From positions 1-32,887 of the forward strand of contig JBOGSD010000015.1 of assembly GCA_050695215.1 (NCBI GenBank): a stretch of 32,887 nt of DNA. Reading direction: 5' to 3'. The notes under the pieces are model-generated. The model saw nothing but the letters and a program-made list of their open reading frames with translations. It had not been told where the DNA came from and ran no database searches. This stretch comes from a bacterium. Its GTDB lineage: Bacteria; Sysuimicrobiota; Sysuimicrobiia; Sysuimicrobiales; Humicultoraceae. Shown here piece by piece: positions 16,332 to 24,195 of this stretch. The translations under genes and the position numbers were made by a program. Within the stretch, counting starts at the first letter, position 1. Each line of letters begins with the position of its first letter.

Positions 16332-19166
16332 CTACGGGGCCGGGACGCCCTCGATCGCCTGGGCGACGGCGTCCTCTAGCGTCACACTCTGCCCCTTCGC
16401 CCACAGCTGAAGATAGCGTTCTTCCCCCAATGAGGCACGTGTGGTCGAGAGGAGCCCCTCGTGCTCCTTCCGGATGAAGGGCGGAAGCGGGACGCTGATC
16501 GCCTGTCGCAGCGCATCGGCCACCGCAAAGAGGTAGGCCGCGCGTTCAAAGTCCCCGCGGTGTGCGGCGACGGCCGCCAGTCCGAGCAGCGAGGTGGCCA
16601 TGCCACGTTTGTCCCCCAGCTCCGTCCGAAGTACCAGGCTCTGCGTGAAGAGCTCATCCGCTCGGGCGAGATCACCTTGGTACCATGCGACAATCCCCAG
16701 GTTGCTCTGGGCAAAGGCGGTCCCGGCTTTGTCCTTGAGCTCCTGCGCCAGGACCAGCGTCTCTTCGAGCAGCGCGGTCGCCCGCGCATAGTCTCCCTGC
16801 TCGCGTCTGATCAGGCCGAGATTGTTCAGGGCTTCGACCAGCACCCATCTGTCACCAAGGGTCCGGGCCTGGACCACAATCTCCTCGAGGAGCTCAGCCG
16901 CGCGGGTAGCGTCGCCCTGCGCCCGCGCGACGAAGGACTGGACGGCACGGGCGTCCAGGACGCCAAACTGATCCCCGGTCTCACGGCTGAGGGCGAGGCT
17001 CTCCTCACTGAGGGCTGCGGCGCGGTCGAAGCGCTCCAGCCGACAGGCGTCGATCCCCAGGATGTTCAGGCAGGAGGCAGTGCCGCGCTTGTCCCCGAGT
17101 TCCCGGCTGAGCCCCAGGCTCTCTGCGGCCAGGGCGGCGGCCCGCTCAAAATCCCCCTGGAAAAACGTCAGGTAGGCGGCGCCGATGAGGGCCTTCGCGC
17201 GGGCCTCCGTGTGTACGTCGCCGCCGCGGGCAATCGCTGCCTCCAGCCAGCCGCGGCCCTCCGTCCAATACCCGCGCACTTTCCAGAACCGCCACAGGGC
17301 GCCCGAGAGTCGGCGTCCGAGGTCGGGATCTTCTGTCTCTCGCCGACACCATTCCAGCGCTGCGCGCAGGTTGTCGTGTTCCACTTCGAGCCGGTCGAAC
17401 CAGACCGCCTGCTGCGCTCCCTGCAACAAGGCCTCCCCCTGCTCGGCTAGGTGGAGGAACCAGTCGCGATGCCGCGCCCGCACCCGCTCCGCTTCTCCGG
17501 TTTCTGCCAGCCGGTCCCGGGCATACTGGCGGACGGTTTCCAATAACCGGTAGCGTGTCTCCCCATTGGGCTCCTGGACCAGAACGAGGGACCGGTCCAC
17601 GAGGCGCGAGAGCAGATCGAGGACCTCCTCGCCCTCGAGCCCGTCGGCGGCGCAGACCGCCTCGGCCGCTTCTAGCGTCCACCCTCCGGCGAAGACCGAA
17701 AGCCGCCGCAGGAGCATTCGCTCATGCTCGGTCAGCAACTCGTAACTCCAGTCCATCGCCGCCTTCAGCGTCTGGTGGCGGGGTGCTGTGGTGCGGCCAC
17801 CCGTGGTGAGCAGGCGGAAACGATCGTCCAGTTTGGAGGCGATCTGTCCGACGGACATGACCTTTGTTCTCGCCGCTGCCAGCTCGATGGCCAGGGGGAT
17901 GCCGTCGAGGCGGCGGACTACCTGCGCGACGAGCGGGGCGGTGCCGGCCGTCATGTGGAAGTCGGGCTTGCTCAGCACGGCCCGGTCAATGAAGAGGCGG
18001 ACGGCTTCGAACTGCGTGATGTCCTCACCTCCGACCACCCGGTCAGGATCGGGGAGGGAGAGGGAGGGGACGGCGTAGGCGACCTCGCCGGGAACACCCA
18101 GGACCTCCTGACTGGTCGCCAGCACTCGCAGAGTTGGGCACTTCCGGAGCAACGTCTCTGCGACCTCTGCGCAGGCTGCGGAGAGATGTTCGCAATTGTC
18201 CAGCACGATCAGCGCGGTCTCCGTTCGCAGGTAGTCGGCCAGCGCGTCCGTCAGGGTTTGCGCTATGGTCTCTCGCACGCCGAGGGTCGAGGCGATCGTC
18301 GGCAGCACCAGGGCAGCATCGGACAGCGGGGCCAGTTCCACGAGCCACACGCCGTCGGGGTAGTCGTCCATGATCTCGGCCGCCGCCTGCAGCGCCAGCC
18401 GGGTCTTTCCCGCGCCTCCCGCCCCTGTCAGGGTGAGGAGCCGGGTTACGCCCAGCAGGCGCCGGACCTCTGCCAGTTCGCGTGATCGGCCGATGAAGCT
18501 GGTCAGCTGCACCGGCAGATTGTTGGGAATGCGTGCCAGCGTGCGGAGGGGCGGGAACTCTCCGGGCAGGCCCATGCCGATGACCTGATAAATGTGCTCC
18601 GGCCGCGCGAGGTCGCGGAGCCGGTGCTCGCCGAGATCACGCGCCGTCACTCCCTCGGGGAGTGCGTCGCGCACGAGCTCATGGGTGCTCGGCAGAAGCA
18701 GGATCTGCCCGCCGTGTGCAGCACGCATCAGACGCGCGGCCCGATTGAGAGGCGGCCCGAAGTAGTCCCCCTCCCGTTCGTCCGCTACTCCCGTCGACAG
18801 CGCCATGCGAACGCGCAGCCCTCCTTGCACCACCCATGGTTCTTCAGCGAGCGCACGCTGAGCAGCCACGGCGGCAGCCAGGGCATCAGTGGCTCTGACG
18901 AAGACGGCGTCCACGGCATCCCCGACGGTCTTGAAGATGTGGCCCGAGTGGGTTTCGACGGCCTCACGCAGGAGCGCGTCGTGCCGGGCCACCGCCGCCT
19001 TCATCTGGTCGGGGTGCGCTTCCCAGAGCCGCGTGCTGCCCTCGATGTCGGTGAAGAGGAAGGTAACGGTGCCGGTGGGCAGTTCAGCCAATTCGTCTAG
19101 CTCTTCTGACCGGTAGCCGCCAGAGCCTCTTCGAGTCTCTGGCGGAGCTTCCCCATCTCCTTCCAT
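16332..19166 (-). CDS. Nucleotide (adenylyl/guanylyl) cyclase domain - STAND/NB-ARC P-loop NTPase - TPR repeat protein
   Basis: Class III cyclase homology domain (TVTFLFTDIEGSTRLWE, KTVGDAVDAVF), Walker A GAGGAGKTRLALQ, LIVLDNCEHL, and a long TPR-like C-terminus. No HTH is recognisable. ATG at 19166 overlaps the ligD 3' end. An alternative TTG at 19091, 5 nt after the ligD stop, gives an N-terminus (M-AELPTGTVTF) that matches the paralogue (MLPQPVGTTTF). Confidence 0.8.
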   Translation of the reverse strand: MEGDGEAPPETRRGSGGYRSEELDELAELPTGTVTFLFTDIEGSTRLWEAHPDQMKAAVARHDALLREAVETHSGHIFKTVGDAVDAVFVRATDALAAAVAAQRALAEEPWVVQGGLRVRMALSTGVADEREGDYFGPPLNRAARLMRAAHGGQILLLPSTHELVRDALPEGVTARDLGEHRLRDLARPEHIYQVIGMGLPGEFPPLRTLARIPNNLPVQLTSFIGRSRELAEVRRLLGVTRLLTLTGAGGAGKTRLALQAAAEIMDDYPDGVWLVELAPLSDAALVLPTIASTLGVRETIAQTLTDALADYLRTETALIVLDNCEHLSAACAEVAETLLRKCPTLRVLATSQEVLGVPGEVAYAVPSLSLPDPDRVVGGEDITQFEAVRLFIDRAVLSKPDFHMTAGTAPLVAQVVRRLDGIPLAIELAAARTKVMSVGQIASKLDDRFRLLTTGGRTTAPRHQTLKAAMDWSYELLTEHERMLLRRLSVFAGGWTLEAAEAVCAADGLEGEEVLDLLSRLVDRSLVLVQEPNGETRYRLLETVRQYARDRLAETGEAERVRARHRDWFLHLAEQGEALLQGAQQAVWFDRLEVEHDNLRAALEWCRRETEDPDLGRRLSGALWRFWKVRGYWTEGRGWLEAAIARGGDVHTEARAKALIGAAYLTFFQGDFERAAALAAESLGLSRELGDKRGTASCLNILGIDACRLERFDRAAALSEESLALSRETGDQFGVLDARAVQSFVARAQGDATRAAELLEEIVVQARTLGDRWVLVEALNNLGLIRREQGDYARATALLEETLVLAQELKDKAGTAFAQSNLGIVAWYQGDLARADELFTQSLVLRTELGDKRGMATSLLGLAAVAAHRGDFERAAYLFAVADALRQAISVPLPPFIRKEHEGLLSTTRASLGEERYLQLWAKGQSVTLEDAVAQAIEGVPAP

Positions 19167-21901
19167 GGATCCGCCGACTTGCGCAGCCGGATGGGGACGG
19201 TCTGATATGTGAACTCCAGAGGATCGAACCCGCGCTCGAGCTCCTTCCATGTCACGGGAGTGGAGACGGTTGCCTGAGGGGTGGGGCGGAGGCTGTAGGC
19301 GCTGGCCAGCGTGGCGCCGAGGCGGTTCTGGTTGTAGTCGAGAAAGACCTTCCCCACGCGCCGGTCCACCGCCCAGTCCGTCGTCAGCCGCTCCGGATGT
19401 TCGGCGGCCAGGAACTGGCAGATCGCTTTCGCGAAGGCGTGAGTCTCGCCGTAGGTGTACCGGCGGGCGATCGGCACGTAGATGTGCAGGCCCGTCTTGC
19501 CGCTGGTCTTGATGAATGTGTCGAGTCCTAGCTTCTCCAACAGCCGGCGCAGCTCCAGGGCGGCTTCCCTGGCGGCTTCAAAGCCGCGCCGGGTGTAGTC
19601 GGGATCCTTCTCCCCCGGCCCCTGCCGCGGTCCCTGCCCCGGGGGAAAGATGTAGGGATCGATGTCGAAGACCAGCTGGTCGGGGACATTGAGGACGCTC
19701 TCGCGCAGGGACGCCTCCGACGAGGAGAAATCGGTGCCGGGCGCTTCCCCGGCGCCCTCGCCCCGCCGCGCGGGCGCGACGCGGCTGTACCAGGGATGCA
19801 TCTCGATGTCGGCGATCTGGGCCAGCCAGAGGAGGGTCGCGAGGCTGTTGCACACGGGTGCCGCATTGGTGGTCTTGGTCGTCTCCGTCCAGACGTGCGC
19901 GATGGTGACGTAGTCGGGGGCGTCAGGATAGTCCTTCTGATGAAAGTTCTCCCCGTGGATGCCGTCGGGGAACCGCCGCAGGGTGAGCGGGCGGTCACGC
20001 AGGTGCGGCAGGATCGTCTCTGAGACGGCCAGGTAATAGGCGATCAGATCGCCCTTGGTCAAGCCCAGCCCGGGCCAGTAGATCTTCTCCAGATTCGTGA
20101 ACTCGACCGGGAGGCGGCGCTTCGCCACCTCACGTTCCAACGGGGAGGGAGCGGCGGCGGCACGCCGGCTCCGGACCCTGGTGCTCTTCCCAGCGGCGGC
20201 CCGGGGCGGGCCACCGTCAGGTGACGGTTCGTCGGGGATTTGCGGCGACCGGAGGTTCTCGAGCAGACAGTCGTGGGGAGGCACGTCGGCGCGCAGCCCT
20301 TTGAAGACGGGAACGCGGAGGAGGCCCTCGTCGGTCCACTCCGCGTACTCGACCTCTACCACGATCCGCGGCTCCACCCAGGTGGCCGGCTCCATCGTCG
20401 CCGGCTGCGCGGCGAACGGCGAGGTCTTGCGCACCGACGGGCGCAGCAGCGCGAGGACCTCCGACAGTGCGCGGTCAGTGAAGCCCCCGCCGACCTGGCC
20501 GATGTGCTGCAGCCGTCCGCGCCCGTCGTAAAGACCCAGGACGAGTGCGCCGAAGTGGCTGCTCCGTCCGCGGCGGCCCTGCGTGAATCCGCCCACGACC
20601 GCCTGCAGGGTGCGCCGCAGCTTGATCTTCACCCAGGCGCCGCTGCGCCGTCCCGGCTCATAGGGGCTGGCGGCGCGCTTGCCCACGACCCCCTCCAGCC
20701 GCTGGTCCTGCGCCGCCCGGTAGAAGGCCCTCCCATCGCCAGGGAAGGCTTCGGAGACGCGCAGGATGGGACCGGCGGGGAGCACCGCTTCGAGGATCTG
20801 GCGCCGCTCGCGCAGGGGCCGCGAGGTCAAATCGTGCCCGTGGTAGTGGATGATGTCGAAGACAAAGTAGAGAACGGGGAACTTTGACCGGGCCTCGTCC
20901 ACGTCCTCGCGGCCCTGCAGGTTGATGCGCTGCTGCAGCCGCTGAAAACTCGGCCGCCCGTCTTCGTCCGGCGCCACGAGCTCTCCGTCCAGGACCACAT
21001 CCGGGAGGCCGGCGGCGTAGAGGGCGTCAACCACCTCGGGGTACTGCCGGTTCATCGGGTGCAGGTTGCGGCTGTGCAGCAGGACGCTGCGTTGCGGTCC
21101 CTGCGTCTGCAGGATCGCAATCGCGCGCACGCCGTCCCACTTCGGTTCGAAGAGCCAGGCCGGGTCGTCGAACGGCTCGTCGATGAGCTTCGCCAGCATG
21201 GGAGCGACGTTCTTGGGCACCCGCGCCTTGCCGGGCTTGTCTAATCCCCACTTGCGCAGCGCCGCGGGGCGGCGGCTCGTCCGCTGGGCGGCCGGTTTCG
21301 GTGGCGGTTCGGAGGAGTGCCACCGCGCCGATTCCTCGCGCCGGATCTCCTCGATGGTGCGGCCGCTCTTCACCGAGCGCGAGGGTTTCGGCAGCACCCA
21401 GCCGGTCACGGCGTCGCCGTCGCGCTTCTTGAAGAGCAGCCAGTTGGTGCCGTCGGGGCCGCCGCCGCGGCCGCCCATCCGCGTGCGCACGAGGTGGAAC
21501 TCGCCCTGCAGCTTCTGGCCGCGGAGGACCACGGCCAGTTTTCCTTTCTGAAACCCCTCGTCCGGGTCGCCTTCGAGCGACTCGTAGGTGCCGCGGTCCC
21601 AAACCATCACCGCCCCCGCGCCGTAGTTGCCCGCCGGGATGTTTCCTTCGAAATCGATGTAGTCCAGTGGATGGTCTTCGACCGCGACGGCCAGCCGCTT
21701 GTCTTCTGGATTGAGGGAAATCCCCTTGGGGACCGCCCAGGAGCGCAGCACTCCGTCCATCTCCAGGCGGAAATCGTGGTGAAACCGGGTGGCGTGGTGT
21801 TCCTGGATGACGAAGCGCATCCCCGAGCGGGACCGTCCCTTGCCCTCGGGTTCGGGCGTCCGGGCGAAGCGGCGTTTGCGGCGATACTCCTCCAGCGGCA
21901 T
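19097..21901 (-). CDS. ligD: Multifunctional NHEJ DNA ligase D (phosphoesterase - ATP-dependent ligase - polymerase/primase domains)
   Basis: ATG at 21901 has GGAGGAA upstream. PE domain FVIQEHHATRFHHDFRLE. Ligase KxDG motif EPKWDGVRAI. C-terminal LigD polymerase domain. The 80-codon N-terminal extension in the ORF track is rejected. Confidence 0.9.
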   Translation of the reverse strand: MPLEEYRRKRRFARTPEPEGKGRSRSGMRFVIQEHHATRFHHDFRLEMDGVLRSWAVPKGISLNPEDKRLAVAVEDHPLDYIDFEGNIPAGNYGAGAVMVWDRGTYESLEGDPDEGFQKGKLAVVLRGQKLQGEFHLVRTRMGGRGGGPDGTNWLLFKKRDGDAVTGWVLPKPSRSVKSGRTIEEIRREESARWHSSEPPPKPAAQRTSRRPAALRKWGLDKPGKARVPKNVAPMLAKLIDEPFDDPAWLFEPKWDGVRAIAILQTQGPQRSVLLHSRNLHPMNRQYPEVVDALYAAGLPDVVLDGELVAPDEDGRPSFQRLQQRINLQGREDVDEARSKFPVLYFVFDIIHYHGHDLTSRPLRERRQILEAVLPAGPILRVSEAFPGDGRAFYRAAQDQRLEGVVGKRAASPYEPGRRSGAWVKIKLRRTLQAVVGGFTQGRRGRSSHFGALVLGLYDGRGRLQHIGQVGGGFTDRALSEVLALLRPSVRKTSPFAAQPATMEPATWVEPRIVVEVEYAEWTDEGLLRVPVFKGLRADVPPHDCLLENLRSPQIPDEPSPDGGPPRAAAGKSTRVRSRRAAAAPSPLEREVAKRRLPVEFTNLEKIYWPGLGLTKGDLIAYYLAVSETILPHLRDRPLTLRRFPDGIHGENFHQKDYPDAPDYVTIAHVWTETTKTTNAAPVCNSLATLLWLAQIADIEMHPWYSRVAPARRGEGAGEAPGTDFSSSEASLRESVLNVPDQLVFDIDPYIFPPGQGPRQGPGEKDPDYTRRGFEAAREAALELRRLLEKLGLDTFIKTSGKTGLHIYVPIARRYTYGETHAFAKAICQFLAAEHPERLTTDWAVDRRVGKVFLDYNQNRLGATLASAYSLRPTPQATVSTPVTWKELERGFDPLEFTYQTVPIRLRKSADPWKEMGKLRQRLEEALAATGQKS

Positions 21902-21926
21902 GGGAAGAGATATTCCTCCGGCTCGT

Positions 21927-22637
21927 TCAGGCGCCCTCCAGCAGCGCGGGAAGCCGCCGCGCATAGTCGGGGGCGGGCGCACCCTCCTCATGGGTGAAGT
22001 AGGCGTAGACGTCTTTCTTTCGCCCCAACTGCTCGCCGATCCGCGTGGCCCAGGCGTCCATCGCGGCCGGTGGATACTGGGAGCGGTGCAGCCGCAGATA
22101 GGCGAAGGGGCCGACGAACTGGAGCACCGGCTCGTCCTCATCTGATTCCATGATCGTCAGGGCGGTGTGCTGCTCCTCCAGCAGCGCGTACACGGCGTCT
22201 TGATACCACGACGGATGGCGGAATTCCACCGTGCGCCGGCGCGGGGGCAGCAGGTAGAGGAAGTCCCGCAGCAGCGCGAGATCGGCCTTCAAGGACGGCG
22301 GCAGTTGAAAGAGCAGCGGGCCGGCGCGGTCTCCTAGATCGGTCAGCCGTTCCAGCTGCGCGGAGAGGGCCTCCTCAGCGTTCTTGAGGCGGCGGATGTG
22401 GGTGATCAGTCGGTGGACCTTGATGCTGAATCGAAACCCGCGCGGCGTGGCCTTCCGCCACTGCTGGACGTGCGCCGGCTGCGGAAAGCGGTAGAAGGTG
22501 TTGTTCAGCTCCACGGTAGAGAAGACGCGACTGTAATACTTGAGCATCTCCTCTTGGGGGAGCTTATTCGGGTAGAAGTCGCCCCGCCACTCCGGATAGC
22601 TAAACCCGGAGGTACCGGCGTACAGACGGGCGGCCAT
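21927..22637 (-). CDS. DUF72 (YecE/UPF0759) family protein
   Basis: 236 aa. MAARLYAGTSGFSYPEWRGDFYP...YYSRVFSTVELNNTFYRFP is the characteristic DUF72 N-terminus. Confidence 0.85.
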   Translation of the reverse strand: MAARLYAGTSGFSYPEWRGDFYPNKLPQEEMLKYYSRVFSTVELNNTFYRFPQPAHVQQWRKATPRGFRFSIKVHRLITHIRRLKNAEEALSAQLERLTDLGDRAGPLLFQLPPSLKADLALLRDFLYLLPPRRRTVEFRHPSWYQDAVYALLEEQHTALTIMESDEDEPVLQFVGPFAYLRLHRSQYPPAAMDAWATRIGEQLGRKKDVYAYFTHEEGAPAPDYARRLPALLEGA

Positions 22638-22676
22638 CGGCGGGCGAAGACAGGGCGGCCGGGGGGGCGCGCAGAC

Positions 22677-23525
22677 CTAGCGGTGCCGCTCCCGCATCGC
22701 CGCGGCGGCGACAGGGCGCGCCGCTCCTCGACGGACCGCCTGCGGCTGGGGCTTCGGTTTGCGGGCCTGCTCTAGGCTGCGCCGCAGCGCGTCCATCAGG
22801 TCGACGACCTTCTCCGGCCGTGGCCCCGATGCCGCGGTGACCGCCTCGCCGGCCTCCTTGGCCTTGATGGCGGCCATGACCTTGTCCCGGTAGGTATCGG
22901 TGAAGGCGTCAGGCTGGAACTCCGCGCTGAGGCCCTCGATCAACTGCACCGCCATCTTGCGCTCGTTGGGATGGATCCGCGCGGCCGGGATCTCCTCGGT
23001 CTCCAGGGCACGAATCTCGTCGGCGTAGAAGAGGGTGGACATGACCATGCCGTCGTCGCCGTACGGGCGGACGGCCACGAGGTGCTCTTTCTCGCGGATC
23101 ACCACTTTGCCCACCGCGATCTTGCCCGAGTCGCGCATCGCCGCGCGGAGGAGATGGTAGGCCTTGCCGCCGCCCTCGTCGGGCGCGAGGTAGTAGGACT
23201 TGTCGAAGTAGATGGGATCGATCTCTTCTAGTTGGACGAACTGGGCGATGTCCAGGGCGGGGCCGCTCTCAGGCGCGCCGCGCTCCAGCTCTTCCGCGCT
23301 GAGGAGGACGAAACGGCCGCGGGAGACTTCGAAGCCGCGCACCGTCTCCTCGGAGGGCACGATCGCCTCGTGCGTGGGGCACCAGCGCCGGTTCTGGATG
23401 GGTGTGCCACAGGGCTGGTGCAGCAGACGGAACCGGATGTCTTTGGGATCTTCGGCGGTGTGGAGGCGGATCGGAATCGTGACTAGGCCGAAGGTCAAAT
23501 ACCCTTTCCAAATGGGCCGTCCCAT
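22677..23525 (-). CDS. ku: NHEJ DNA end-binding protein Ku
   Basis: ATG at 23525 has GGGGAGGA with a 5-nt spacer. MGRPIWKGYLTFGLVTIPIRL is the canonical bacterial Ku start. Basic C-terminal tail. The ORF-track N-terminal extension is rejected. Confidence 0.9.
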   Translation of the reverse strand: MGRPIWKGYLTFGLVTIPIRLHTAEDPKDIRFRLLHQPCGTPIQNRRWCPTHEAIVPSEETVRGFEVSRGRFVLLSAEELERGAPESGPALDIAQFVQLEEIDPIYFDKSYYLAPDEGGGKAYHLLRAAMRDSGKIAVGKVVIREKEHLVAVRPYGDDGMVMSTLFYADEIRALETEEIPAARIHPNERKMAVQLIEGLSAEFQPDAFTDTYRDKVMAAIKAKEAGEAVTAASGPRPEKVVDLMDALRRSLEQARKPKPQPQAVRRGAARPVAAAAMRERHR

Positions 23526-23576
23526 GGCGGTCCTCCCCTTTTCGCGCGGGCGGGCTCGGGGCGATGTCCCCCAATT

Positions 23577-23624
23577 ATAGGTGGTAGGAGTGGACTGTCC
23601 ACCCGCATAATAGGGTGGTATGGA
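23577..23624. promoter_or_regulatory. Candidate operator/promoter: overlapping palindromes GTGGAC-T-GTCCAC (23590-23602) and CCACCC-N8-GGGTGG (23599-23618), plus direct repeat ATAGG(G)TGGTA
   Basis: Read directly in the unusually AT-richer divergent region between ku (-) and the 23620 ORF (+). A CATAAT -10-like hexamer at 23606-23611 lies 9 nt before the ATG at 23620. Confidence 0.4.
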
Positions 23625-24195
23625 GGCGCTCAGACCCTTCCTGCGGTACTGGTCCCTCACGCTCGCGGTGTTCGTGTTCTACGTCTTCATGTTCCTGGCC
23701 GCCGCCGTCGACGTCGCCATGGATGTCCGCGAGCAGATGCGCAAGAAGCGGGCCGCCGCCAAGCCGCGCACCGGCCCCCTGCTCGACCCCAATCCGCTCA
23801 AAGGGAAGACAGTCGCCCAGACCTTCTCCAGCCCCGGCCAGCAGCTCGACGCCAAACGGCGGTGGGTGCGAGACCACGTGGCGGTGATTCTCAGCGAACT
23901 GGGCATCAGCGGGGAGATTCTGATCCTCGAGGACTCGATGCACCATCCGTTTCTTCAGGTCTCCGATGGGACGCGGCTGCGCACCTATCGAATTCCCAAG
24001 GAAGCGGTCGAAGCCGGGCGGGGCGGGGATACCAGCAAGATCGAGGCGATCAAGACCTTCCTGCGCGGCCATCTCGCGGCGGACTTTCTGGGCCAGGAAG
24101 AGCGACGTCCTCCCGTGACCACGGAACTGGCGCGCGAAGCGGCCGCCAAACCGTCGTCGGCCCGACCGGCCGCAGGGACCTCCGAGTCGTCCTAG
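23620..24195 (+). CDS. Hypothetical single-pass membrane protein (191 aa)
   Basis: N-terminal TM helix WSLTLAVFVFYVFMFLAAAV, then a Lys-rich segment whose composition is not GC-artefact-like. Its stop shares a CTAG with the convergent LLM gene. No family recognised. Confidence 0.55.
   Translation: MEALRPFLRYWSLTLAVFVFYVFMFLAAAVDVAMDVREQMRKKRAAAKPRTGPLLDPNPLKGKTVAQTFSSPGQQLDAKRRWVRDHVAVILSELGISGEILILEDSMHHPFLQVSDGTRLRTYRIPKEAVEAGRGGDTSKIEAIKTFLRGHLAADFLGQEERRPPVTTELAREAAAKPSSARPAAGTSESS

Noticed and set aside
19097-22141. 80-codon N-terminal extension of the LigD ORF (start at 22141)
   Set aside because: The extension overlaps the DUF72 gene and is Ser/Pro/Arg-rich. ATG at 21901 with an upstream GGAGGAA gives the canonical PE-domain start.
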